64,000 nucleotides of DNA from Vicinamibacterales bacterium (GCA_963662835.3 CAXXVU020000002.1:3361327-3425326), one strand, 5' to 3'. Counted from the first letter of the stretch, positions 1 through 11,157 are shown. Notes: generated by a model not told the origin, from the letters alone. Program-made: numbers and translations.

Positions 1-203
1 CCGGCTTGGCGCTCGCGGTGCACGAGGCCGGCGTCAACCGCTTCCGGCCGACCTTGCCGACGTCGCTCACCACCTTCATCGGCCTTGCGCCGCCGATGCG
101 GAACAGGAGCCTCGACGCCTTCTTCATGGTGCCGATGGCGGTCTCCTTCGGTTTCGGGGTACTGTTCGTGACCGTCAGGCTGGTGCTGGTCCTAACGCCG
201 TAG
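1..203 (+). CDS. 3' end of an RND (AcrB-type) efflux transporter gene. It is partial at the window edge and probably truncated.
   Basis: Translation ...EAGVNRFRPTLPTSLTTFIGLAPPM...PMAVSFGFGVLF resembles the conserved last TM segments of RND pumps (recalled consensus). Its stop lies 12 nt inside the antisense Tn3 fragment. Confidence 0.5.
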   Translation, partial: GLALAVHEAGVNRFRPTLPTSLTTFIGLAPPMRNRSLDAFFMVPMAVSFGFGVLFVTVRLVLVLTP

Positions 204-872
204 AACGTCGCACATGATCCGGTCGACGGCTTGGCGTTGCGCCTTGAGCATGTCGTCGAGGCGGGTCTCGACCAGCTTGCGATTGCGGTCGAGGAGCTTG
301 CCATACATGTCGACGGCCTGGTCGAGCGTGTCGCGCCACGTCTGGTGCAGGAAGCACACCAGCGCGAGGTGACGGCGTGGGGCCGCCATCCTGCGCACCC
401 GATCGGCGGACGCGGTTCGCACGCTGTGGAACAGGATCCGCTGGTAGTTGCCGTTGACCCAGTCCACGTTGACTCCCAGTACGCCGGTCGCCTCGATCAG
501 TTCCAGCCGCGCCAGCAGCCGCTTCATGCCCCCGACCGACGGGTTCGACGAGCTCACCTTGATCCGGTTCAGGGGCGAGTGCGGCTGGTCGTCGTCGACA
601 AGACCTTCGCGCATCGGTGCCGACAGGCGCTCGGCCATGCGTTGCGTCAGCAACGTCCGGGCCTTGTGTCGGGCCGCCCCTATCGCGCGGCGCAACACCG
701 GAACCACGGCGTGTTCCGGCCCGACGCCGCCAGTCCGGCTGGAGACGACCGCCTCGGGTACAGCCGGAGCCTCCCCCGGCACAAGCGTGCAATCGCCCTC
801 GAGGACGCTGCTGCAGCCGGTATCCATCGGCCGTCCGGGAAGCTGGCGGTCGACGAGCGTCGAGGCGAGCAG
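192..872 (-). pseudogene. Internal fragment of a Tn3-family transposase (N-terminal third), truncated on both sides
   Basis: ...RLELIEATGVL...RRHLALVCFLHQTWRDTLDQAVDMYGKLL... resembles the Tn3 TnpA N-terminal region. The frame stays open upstream to the TAGC stretch with no start codon. It stops at 192, far short of the ~1000 aa expected. Confidence 0.6.
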
Positions 873-905
873 TAGCTAGCTAGCTATAGCTAGCTAGGCT
901 AGCTG
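873..905. other. (TAGC)n-like stretch 'tagctagctagctatagctagctaggctagc' with stop codons in all six frames
   Basis: Read directly from the sequence. Its composition is completely unlike the flanks. It sits exactly where the Tn3 fragment is cut off and 10 nt from the stop of the next gene. Confidence 0.8.
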
Positions 906-914
906 GAGCACGGC

Positions 915-3239
<2,325 letters not shown>

Positions 3240-3568
3240 TCTCGTGGCCGCGCTGCCACACCTGCCGCAGGCCCAGCGGCAACCCTTGACGCCAAGCGAG
3301 ATCGACTCGGTGAGGGCAATCATCGAACTGTACCATCCGTACGCACCCTGGCGACGTCGGTCGACAGCCGGGTGTCGAGGTTCGCGATCTCCGCACGAAC
3401 CTCGCAGCGTGACAAACTGGAGGCAGCCATCCGTCGCTTCGTCCTCATCTGTCCCTTCTTGATCCGGTAGCAGTGGGCCGAATCCGAGCGTGAGCGTCTC
3501 GCCAAGAATCTGACAGTGCCGCGATACGTTCAACCAGAACCACGGGCCGGCCCCAGGGGAGAGCGGAT

Positions 3569-5542
3569 CTACAGCGCTGCCAGCGCCAGGACAAAGGCTC
3601 GCAGCTCCATCAGGTGCGCGGCCTGGATGACGGTATCCTCGGCCGTCACGGCCGGATCCGTATAGGCGGGCGGTGCCAGACCGGCGGCGACGTACACCTC
3701 GTCCAGAGCCGTGCGCAGCTCCCTCAGGTGGATGCGCCTGATGGCGGCCACACCCGGCGTCAACGTCGGGTCGGTCCACGGGAAGGCTTGAAGTCCCTCG
3801 CGGATTCGCAGCGTGTCGATTCGCGACCGTAGCTCCACGAAATGGACCGCCTTGACCGGCGTAAACCCCGGCCGGATCGGGTGGTCGCTGAAACTGGCCG
3901 GCGGGCAATCCCGGCGCTCGGGCGCACAGCTCGATATCTGGACGGTCTGTGTCGCCCATCCTCTGCCATCGCTTGCCGTCACGTCGGTGGCAGCATCACC
4001 AGCCGTTGCCGCTGTGATCCTCAAGACGGAGCCAGTCATGCCGACCCGCACGATACTCGGGTCGCTCGACCGCGCGGTGTAGGTCAGCGGGTCGCCTTCC
4101 GGGTCCAGGAAATAGGGCGCGACGTTTATCAGCAGAACCTGGCCCGCCCTCAGCGACGCAGGCGGGATCTCGCCTACCGCCGCCGGCGAACCGTTGCCCG
4201 CCAACCGCGCGTACGCCGACCGCACGACTTCTTCGGCCGGCTTGTCGCGAATGCTGAACATGCGTGTTCGAGCCCAGTAAATCTGCCAATGCTCGTCGCT
4301 GGCGATCCAGTTGTCCCAGAAGAATGCACCGTTGACCACGCCGGGGTACCGGCTCATGGTCCTGAAGAACGCCTGGAAGACGTTGGCCTGCGTCTCGCGG
4401 CCGTCATCCACACCGTTCCCGTTGCTGTCGGAGAACACGAACATCTCTCCGTGCCGATCGCCGTTTGATGGGTCCGCGGGCGTTTCGACCGTGTCCATCG
4501 CGTAGTACTCCGTGAACACGATGGGCCGGCCCGCGTTGCCGGCGGCCAGCGGTAACAGATGTTCACTGAAGACCTGATCGAAACCCCGCTCGAGACTGTC
4601 AACGCTCATGACCGCTTCGGGTGGCGTCTCTGTCAAGGCGAACCCGGCACTCAGGCCCACTACGTCAAGGTCGAGGTCCTCCCAGAGATGCTGCGACCCC
4701 ACGAAGAAATCCCTGTACAGAATCGCCACGGGGTGCATGTCGTAGGTCAGCAGACCGTCGTACACGGCCCGCACGTTGTCGACCATCGTCCGCAGCTCGT
4801 CATGGAAGTCGCTTACCCAGTAGTCTTGCCCCGACCGTGTTCGGACCAGGCTGTCGGTCTCCGTGCCGAGAGAGTACATGCGGGCACCCTCTTCCTGGGC
4901 GATCTTGGCGTAGTGGACTGCCTGGTTGGTGTACGTGCGCCAGAACTCCCGTACGAAACGAATATGGTCGGGGTGGCTGGGGAGCCACGGCCAGTGCTCG
5001 GGCAGGATTGCGGGCCCGTAGTCGGGAACCGTGGGCCGCCCGAGCTGCCCCCGGTTCACGGGGCGCTCGGCTCTCTCCGCTTCATGACTCTCGAATGCCA
5101 GCGTGAGGTACACGTGAAAGCCGTGCTCCCTGAACTCTCTGATGAGTTGCCGCAGTGCCTGGTCCGAAAGGGTCGGAATCTGGCGCTCAAGCGAGTAGAC
5201 GCGCTCGACGGTGCTGTCCATGCTGTCGTCGTAGTGCAACGCGACGGAGATGCCGACCCAGTTTGCCCTGAGCTTCTGGAGCCAGGTGACGTAGTCGAGC
5301 GGGATGAGGCGCTCCGACCGTTCAGGGTTCCAGGCGTCGACGACCTCTCGGTTGGTACCCCAGTTTCCCGATACATGAATGGCGCGCATCGGCCTGTCCA
5401 GGAGCGCCGGGCGGTCGGCGCCACCCGAGGCTTCACTCGGGAGTTGGGCGGTAGCGGCCGCCGCGGAAGCCAGAAAGGCGGCTAAGCCGATTGCCGGTGC
5501 GGTGAGTCTTGCCGGGTGTGTCGCCGGGATGCTAAGGTACAT
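3569..5542 (-). CDS. Secreted TIM-barrel glycoside-hydrolase-like protein (clan GH-A-like) with one Ig-like repeat and the same C-terminal triple HxxELR module
   Basis: The ATG at 5540-5542 gives MYLSIPATHPARLTAPAIGLAAFLASAAAATAQ. An alternative TTG start lies at 5575. Motifs FHVYLTLAFE and IVFTEYYAMD fit the beta4/beta7 catalytic acid positions of GH-A barrels (recalled). The C-terminus parallels the gene at 915-3239. Confidence 0.65.
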   Translation of the reverse strand: MYLSIPATHPARLTAPAIGLAAFLASAAAATAQLPSEASGGADRPALLDRPMRAIHVSGNWGTNREVVDAWNPERSERLIPLDYVTWLQKLRANWVGISVALHYDDSMDSTVERVYSLERQIPTLSDQALRQLIREFREHGFHVYLTLAFESHEAERAERPVNRGQLGRPTVPDYGPAILPEHWPWLPSHPDHIRFVREFWRTYTNQAVHYAKIAQEEGARMYSLGTETDSLVRTRSGQDYWVSDFHDELRTMVDNVRAVYDGLLTYDMHPVAILYRDFFVGSQHLWEDLDLDVVGLSAGFALTETPPEAVMSVDSLERGFDQVFSEHLLPLAAGNAGRPIVFTEYYAMDTVETPADPSNGDRHGEMFVFSDSNGNGVDDGRETQANVFQAFFRTMSRYPGVVNGAFFWDNWIASDEHWQIYWARTRMFSIRDKPAEEVVRSAYARLAGNGSPAAVGEIPPASLRAGQVLLINVAPYFLDPEGDPLTYTARSSDPSIVRVGMTGSVLRITAATAGDAATDVTASDGRGWATQTVQISSCAPERRDCPPASFSDHPIRPGFTPVKAVHFVELRSRIDTLRIREGLQAFPWTDPTLTPGVAAIRRIHLRELRTALDEVYVAAGLAPPAYTDPAVTAEDTVIQAAHLMELRAFVLALAAL

Positions 5543-6431
5543 CGCTATTCTCGTCGCACCGGTTGATCCCGGCAAACAGGGGTCAAGGCGCGTATCGAAA
5601 GACGTGTTTCATGCTGGTTGTCCCGCGTAACGCTCTCCACGAGACCCTTCGTAGAAGACCGCTGATCGGGGGGTACGCATCTGTTCAAGGTAGTCGACCG
5701 CCGCCCGCATCCCCGTAGCGCCCACGCCGTCCAGTCATCACTTGCAGGCCGATCCGACACCCCGGCGCTGCGCCCCACAGCCAGCCTGACCCGCGAGACG
5801 TTGCGAGCCATGGTGTTCGCGCACAACGTCAGGAACCGCTGCATCAACGCCATTGACGGGAGCTCGCCAACGTCACCTTGTTCTGTCCACTGGCGCCGCT
5901 CATTACCGGTCCGTCTCTGCAGAGCCAGTACCTCGCACCTGCGATGGAAGCGGACTACACGGGCATGCTTCCGGGTGGGGGCGCGCATCGCCGCCAGCCG
6001 CGCCACCGGTGGCTCGCCCAGGCGCTCCCGAGACCGGCGACCCAGAAACCGAGGCGCCGATTCCGCCGGCGCGCGACGCGGCTGGCAGCGACGGGGAACC
6101 CGCCGTACCGCGCAACACCCCCAGCCGATCTGCGCCAGCGCCCGGAACACCCCGTTCGGGAGCTGATCGAGATACGCCTCGAAGTCGACCGGATTCGTGC
6201 TGTTCACGATATCGACTGCCAAAACAGGCCTTCCAGCTCCGCTCCGCGCCGCCTCCGGCGCGGAGCGGAGCGTTCGCCGGCGCCGTGGAAAGCACGGTAG
6301 CCGAGGCCGCCGCACCGGACGCGCCGACGCCTTGAAGCGTCTCGGGGAGTGCGCGCCAGCCGGCACCGCCGTACACAGGCACACGTCGACAACACCCAGT
6401 CGCTGTCGTTCTACACAACCCTTGCAGGAGG

Positions 6432-6810
6432 GCAGGCGAGCACTTATCGCATCAGGCGATTGTGTCTGTCAATCGTTGCTGGCGGTGCCTTTTCGACTCT
6501 TTCCTGTCAATTGCGATGAAGGTTCCGGAGATGAAACGCCTTATATAACGGAAATCATTGGACTTGCTCGCTCGATGCTGTCAAGTTTGCTAGTGACAAA
6601 AAGGCGCAAGGCAATATCGTGAACACCGTACAGGATAACCCTCGGTCTCGTTCTCCCCGCCTTCCCGCGCGCGCGGGCGGCGCGTGGGGGGAGGGAGCGA
6701 GACCGGAATCGAGCCCGAGGGCCGGCGCCGCGCGGAGCCAGCGCTTCCGTGCCGTCCCTCCCCGGGCTTTGGCCGGGGCTTTGGCCCGGGGACAAGAGGG
6801 GAAATCGTCA
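6432..6810. repeat. Left arm of a diverged ~370-bp inverted repeat (partner 10805-11157)
   Basis: The reverse complement of this arm aligns by eye along the whole right arm. I estimate roughly four fifths identity, with near-identity over the outer ~85 bp. Small indels include a 13-nt duplication 'ggctttggccggg'. Confidence 0.85.
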
Positions 6811-7033
6811 TGGGCGACCAACAGAATCGGTGATCGGCGACGGCACTTGGTCATCCGGTCTCGGAGCACCCCGCCGGGATGCAGAGCGGCCGCCCTTCAT
6901 CCTCGAGGGCGGTCCTGGAACTGCCGCTCTGAGTGATTTCGTCGCCCTCGATTGGGCTCCGGGACGACTTCGAGCACGTCTGGAGACCGTGGTACGCTGC
7001 CGGCCGGATGATGATCCGGGGCGAGCGGCGCAA

Positions 7034-7193
7034 GCAGCCCGTGGCGAAAGTCCCCGCTGCATTCGAGCGGCGATGCATCCCGCCTGACTGCGTTGTTCGG
7101 CGGTTACATATGCCCAATATGCGCCCTTCTCACGCCTTGCCAGACGGGCGCCTCGCCGCTCTCGGTGCCACGCGGGGTTCCACCACGGGCTGC
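7034..7193 (+). mobile_element. 160-bp MITE-like element, copy 1
   Basis: It has perfect 11-bp termini GCAGCCCGTGG...CCACGGGCTGC. The two halves are imperfect reverse complements, so it folds as a long hairpin. Near-identical copies lie at 34472-34631 and 42546-42705 (inverted). It is flanked by AA/AA. Confidence 0.8.
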
Positions 7194-7220
7194 AAGGGCG
7201 AGGTTGTGGTGACGGCCGAC

Positions 7221-7404
7221 GGTGCGTCGCTGGACTGGCGGTCGTCGCTGGCGGTGCGGAACCACCGACCGGTCCGGCGTGGGGCTACGGCGGCTCAGGT
7301 CCGGCCCAGAGGTGCGCCGCTGGACTGGCGGTCGTCGCTGGCGGTGCGGAACCACTCGCCGACCGGTCCGGCGTGGGGCTACGGCGGCTCAGGTCCGGCC
7401 CAGA
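7221..7404 (+). repeat. Tandem duplication, two units of ~90 and ~94 bp
   Basis: Units start at 7221 and 7311 ('ggtgcgYcgctggactggcggtcgtcgctggcggtgcggaaccac...ggtccggcccaga'). The second unit carries a small insertion. Confidence 0.85.
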
Positions 7405-7532
7405 CTGGCACTGGCGATCCTGCTGGTGACCGATGCGGCGACGGCCGAGACCAGCGCCTGCCGGACGCGGACGAACTGCCGGATATGGGGCAGCAGCCCC
7501 TCTCGTCCTTCGGGCCCTCGCTGACGATGAGA

Positions 7533-7655
7533 TCATTTGCCCGTCAGGCCGCAGGCCTCGTCGATGAGAGCCGAGGCGCCCGGCCAGCGGCTATCGTCGA
7601 GCATCGCGTCGTGCAAGGACGCCAGGGTGCGCTCGAACGCGTCTTGGTCCCCCAT
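7533..7655 (-). pseudogene. 40-codon remnant resembling the N-terminus of a LuxR-family (PAS-like sensor) regulator
   Basis: MGDQDAFERTLASLHDAMLDDSRWPGASALIDEACGLTGK then stop. It resembles the recalled '...YDAALDPSLWP..L..IA...G' start of such regulators. It is too short to be functional. Confidence 0.3.
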
Positions 7656-8087
7656 GTGTCAGCGGTCACGAATTCCTGAAGGAATTTGAACGCGGGTCGG
7701 CTCAAGCCGCGTTCTGAAAGCAGCAGAAGACCAAGCGGAGCGAACGTCCGTCTGCGGACGTTTGCGGAGTGCGGTAGCCGAGCGCGGGACCGGCAACGGA
7801 AGGGGCTGGACGTTGCTACGCGAGGGGCTGTGAGACGGCCGGCGAGGGCTGGACGGCTCGTCGTCGGCGCCCGTGCCTGAGCGGACGGAGTCACGGCGAC
7901 GCCTGTGCTCGCAAGGAACGGGGGCGTTCGGATACGGTTGAAGCGGACTCAGACGTGGGGTGAGGGCCCGGGTGCGACCGGACCCTCGTGACCGCCCCGA
8001 GCTCCGACAGACCGAGCCGGTCGGTGCCGTTGTGCCACGGTTCCTGCTCGTTGTCCAGTCGGAGCTCGCCCCGCGCGCTCCGACGCC

Positions 8088-8567
8088 GTGGACCAGCCGC
8101 TTCGCCAGAAGACCTGCCGACACTGCAGCCGCCTGTTCGCCATCTGCGCCGCGTGTGATCGCGGCCATGCCTACTGCACACCGCGCTGCCGGGCGGCCGG
8201 TCGTCGCCGGTCGGTGCGGGCTGCCCGGGTCCGCCATCAGCAGAGTCCCGAGGGCCGTCTCGACCATCGCGACCGGCAGCGTGCGTACCGCGACCGCCGG
8301 CGCGTGACGGATCAGTCTTCCGCCGCGGCACCGCGATCGACCAGACTCGCCGTCCCTGACGTCGCCCCGGTTCGGCTCCCCGGTCCTACGCGCTGCGTGG
8401 TCTGCGGGCGGACGAGCCGGTGGCTTATCCCGATGCGGGAGCCCCGCGTCGAGCGCACAAGGAGGGACGATGATCACGCCCGCGCAGCGCGCCGAGATCC
8501 GGCGCCTGTTCTACGGCGAGCACTGGAAGGTCGGGACCATCGCGGCCCAGCTCGGCCTCCACCATGA
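8088..8567 (+). CDS. Cys-rich (zinc-ribbon-like) accessory ORF upstream of and overlapping istA
   Basis: GTG start. Motifs are CRHCSRLFAICAACDRGHAYCTPRC...HRDRQRAYRDRR...RCVVCGR. The 3' end overlaps istA by ~98 nt, so the real stop or frame is uncertain. Confidence 0.4.
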   Translation: MDQPLRQKTCRHCSRLFAICAACDRGHAYCTPRCRAAGRRRSVRAARVRHQQSPEGRLDHRDRQRAYRDRRRVTDQSSAAAPRSTRLAVPDVAPVRLPGPTRCVVCGRTSRWLIPMREPRVERTRRDDDHARAARRDPAPVLRRALEGRDHRGPARPPP

Positions 8568-9972
8568 GACGGTCCGCGCCGCGGTGGAGCGCGAGACGGC
8601 AGGCGTCCGCCCGCGCCTGTGTCGGCCCAGCATCCTCGACCCGTACCTGGCGTTCATCCGCGACACCCTGGCGCAGTATCCGAATCTGCGCGCCACGCGG
8701 ATCTACGAGATGGTCCGCCAGCGCGGCTATCCGGGCTCGGTCATCCAGGTCCGCCGCCTCGTGCGGCGCCTGCGACCTGAGACCAACCGCACCGTCTACC
8801 GCCGCGTCGTCACTCTGCCCGGCGAGTCCGCGCAGGTCGACTGGGGCACCTTCGGCAAGGTCCGCATCGGACAGGGCACACGTACGGTCTCCGGATTCGC
8901 CATGGTCCTCGGCTACTCGCGGGCACTGGCCGCGCTGTTCACTTACGACCAGACGCTGGAGAGCTTCCTCCGCGGACACGTCGACGCCTTCGAGACGCTG
9001 GGCGGCTGTGCCCGCAACCTGGTCTACGACAACCTGCGCAGCGCCGTGCTCGACCGTCGCGGCGCCGCCGTGCAGTTTCATCCCCGCCTGCTCGACCTCG
9101 CCGGCCACTACCACTTCGCACCGCGCCCCTGCACGCCGGGACGTGGAAATGAGAAGGGGAAAATTGAACGCCAGATCCAATACCTACGGCACGCGTTCTT
9201 CGCCGCGCGGCCCTTCCGCGACCTCGACGACATCAACGCCCAGTTCCGCCGCTGGCGAGACGAGGTCGCCCACCGCCGACGTCATCCCGACCACCCCGAC
9301 CGCTGTGTCGCCGACGTCTGGGCCGAAGAGAAGCCCCGCCTGCTGCCGCTGCCCGCCCATCCCTTCGAGACCGACCTGGTGCGTGTCGTCCGCTCCGGCA
9401 AGACGCCCTACGTCCGCTTCGACCGCAACAACTACTCGATCCCGCACACGCACATACGAAAGCCGCTCACCCTGGTCGCCTCAGCCACCCGCGTCCGCAT
9501 CCTCGACGGACAGACCGAGTTGACCGACCATCACCGCACCTACGACACCGGACTGACCGTCGAGGACCCCGCCCATGTGGAAAACCTGCTCGTCGCCACC
9601 CGCCAGGCCAACGCCCACACCACTCGCGACCGCCTCCGCGCCGCCGTCCCCGCCACCGCCACGCTCTTCGAGCGGCTCGCCGAACGCGGAGAGGCGCTGC
9701 GCCCAAACGCCACCCGGCTGCTCGCACTGCTCGACGACTACGGGCCGCAGGAGCTGGCCGCCGCCGTCAACCTGGCCCTCGAACGCAACGCCCTCGGCGC
9801 CGGCTCCATCGCCCACATCCTCGAAACTCGACGACGACAGCGCGGACTCAAACCCCCGTTGCGGCTCACCCTGCCCGACCGACCCGGACTGCGAGACCTC
9901 GACGTCCGCTCCCATGACCTGGAGTCCTACGATGCCCTCGGACAGAAAAACCTTGACGACGCTGGCGACTGA
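8470..9972 (+). CDS. istA: IS21-family transposase IstA
   Basis: GGAGGG lies 3 nt upstream of the ATG. The N-terminal HTH is MITPAQRAEIRRLFYGEHWKVGTIAAQLGLHHETV. A DDE integrase-core-like middle follows (ESAQVDWG...). Length is 500 aa, typical for IstA. Confidence 0.9.
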   Translation: MITPAQRAEIRRLFYGEHWKVGTIAAQLGLHHETVRAAVERETAGVRPRLCRPSILDPYLAFIRDTLAQYPNLRATRIYEMVRQRGYPGSVIQVRRLVRRLRPETNRTVYRRVVTLPGESAQVDWGTFGKVRIGQGTRTVSGFAMVLGYSRALAALFTYDQTLESFLRGHVDAFETLGGCARNLVYDNLRSAVLDRRGAAVQFHPRLLDLAGHYHFAPRPCTPGRGNEKGKIERQIQYLRHAFFAARPFRDLDDINAQFRRWRDEVAHRRRHPDHPDRCVADVWAEEKPRLLPLPAHPFETDLVRVVRSGKTPYVRFDRNNYSIPHTHIRKPLTLVASATRVRILDGQTELTDHHRTYDTGLTVEDPAHVENLLVATRQANAHTTRDRLRAAVPATATLFERLAERGEALRPNATRLLALLDDYGPQELAAAVNLALERNALGAGSIAHILETRRRQRGLKPPLRLTLPDRPGLRDLDVRSHDLESYDALGQKNLDDAGD

Positions 9973-10729
9973 CCTCCGGCGGCTCGGACTCAATCGTACC
10001 GCCGACGAACTGAACGACCGCATCGCCGAGGCCACCCGCAAGCGCTGGAGCGCAACCGTCCTGCTCGAGCACCTCGTCGCCGCAGAGCTCGAAGACAAGC
10101 AGCGCCGCAGCGTCGAGAGTCGACTCACACGCGCCCGCCTCGGACGCTTCAAGCCGCTCGCAGACTGGGACTGGGAATGGCCCACCGCGCTCGACCGGCC
10201 CGCCCTCGAACGCATCCTCTCGCTCGACTTCCTCACCCGCGGCGAGAACGTGATCCTGGTCGGCGCGCAGGGCCTGGGGAAGACGATGCTGGCGAAGAAC
10301 ATCGCTCACCAGGCCGTCCTCGCCGGACACTCCGCGCTCTTCACCACCGCCGCCGACCTGCTGCTCGACCTCAACGGACAGGAGACCGCCCGCGCCCTCG
10401 AACGCCGCCTGCGGCACTACACGCGCCCAACACTATTGGTCGTCGACGAGCTCGGATACCTCGCCTATGACGCACGCGCCGCCGACCTGATCTTCCAGCT
10501 CGTCAGCCGCCGCTACGAGCACCGCTCACTGCTGATCACAACCAACCTGCCCTTCAAGCGCTGGGACACCGTCTTCCCCAACGCCTCGTGCGCCGTCGCA
10601 CTGATCGACCGGCTGACCCACCACGTCGAGATCCTTCTCATCGAAGGCCGCAGCTATCGCAGACGCGAGGCCGAGCTCAGCCAGCAGGAGCGCAACCGGC
10701 AGCGTCCGCGTGATGACGCGGCACAATGA
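9932..10729 (+). CDS. istB: IS21-family helper ATPase IstB
   Basis: It overlaps the istA 3' end. An alternative ATG is at 9914. Walker A is LVGAQGLGKT and Walker B is LLVVDELGY. The C-terminus ...LIDRLTHH is typical of IstB. Confidence 0.9.
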   Translation: MPSDRKTLTTLATDLRRLGLNRTADELNDRIAEATRKRWSATVLLEHLVAAELEDKQRRSVESRLTRARLGRFKPLADWDWEWPTALDRPALERILSLDFLTRGENVILVGAQGLGKTMLAKNIAHQAVLAGHSALFTTAADLLLDLNGQETARALERRLRHYTRPTLLVVDELGYLAYDARAADLIFQLVSRRYEHRSLLITTNLPFKRWDTVFPNASCAVALIDRLTHHVEILLIEGRSYRRREAELSQQERNRQRPRDDAAQ

Positions 10730-10804
10730 CCGCGACCCTCACGTCGTCAACGAGACCGGTCGATGCCTGACAGAAAAGCGCGTTTTTTCGAGACCGGCAA
10801 CACA

Positions 10805-11157
10805 TGACGAACCCCCCTCTTGTCCCCGGGCCACGCCCGGGGAGGGGCGGCACGGCAGCGCTGGCTCCACGCGGCGCCCGCCCTCGGGCTCGGTTTCGGT
10901 CTCTCTTTCCCCCCCACGCACCGCCCGCCCGCGCGTGGAGAGCGAGACCGAGGTGTCTGTACGGTGTTCACGGTACCGTTTTGCGCCTTTTTGAAACTAT
11001 CACTATTGATAGAGGCAAGCGAAACTGTCCAATGTATTTCCGGCATACAATCGTTTTCTCTCTGGGCCTTCGTCAGAATTGACAGGAAGGAGTCGGAAAG
11101 GCACACCCAGCAACGATTGACAGGCACAATCGCCTGATGCGATAAATGCTCGCCTGC
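10805..11157. repeat. Right arm of the diverged inverted repeat (partner 6432-6810)
   Basis: See the left arm. It contains GC-rich hairpins, the 18-bp near-palindrome GTACGGTGTTCACGGTAC (10959-10976) and two ATTGACAG repeats near the outer end. Confidence 0.85.
11117..11146 (+). promoter_or_regulatory. Candidate sigma70-type promoter facing the TonB-dependent receptor gene
   Basis: TTGACA (11117-11122), an 18-nt spacer ending in TGc, then GATAAA (11141-11146). The same block is conserved in the left arm, where it faces leftward. Confidence 0.35.

Larger units (their letters stand above)
6811..10804 (+). mobile_element. ~4-kb insertion between the two arms, carrying an IS21-family element (Cys-rich ORF, istA, istB) plus a MITE, a tandem duplication and a gene fragment. 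The true left IS end is uncertain.
   Basis: The arms abut as ...atcgtca|...|tgacgaa..., which reconstructs a palindrome centre. CATG occurs at both junctions (6809-6812 and 10803-10806) and may be a 4-bp TSD. The right end carries 2x 'cgagaccgg'. The inverse 'ccggtctcg' is at 6855, and 'cgaccggtccgg' occurs in the 7221-7404 units. Confidence 0.45.

Noticed and set aside
5545-6418. ORFs of 279 and 171 aa on the minus strand, downstream of the left-arm promoter.
   Set aside because: Only a short relic motif (...NSTNPVDFEAYLDQLPNGVFRALAQI, split by a frameshift from ...AERSWKA) looks protein-like. The remainder is R/P/A-rich in every frame. I treat the region as gene debris rather than a CDS.
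6851-7117. Small ORFs recurring in all three MITE copies, such as MGICNRRTTQSGGMHRRSNAAGTFATG... and ...RGESPRCIRAAMHPA*.
   Set aside because: Their recurrence is explained by near-identical nucleotide copies of a hairpin element. The ORFs run out of the element into unrelated flanks. There is no start context or coding signature.
7221-7404. Possible CRISPR array. I checked the tandem repeats at 7221-7404, 30844-31006 and 48139-48246.
   Set aside because: None has the pattern of a 25-40 bp repeat separated by unique spacers of similar length. They are head-to-tail duplications or short phased motifs. No cas genes are present.
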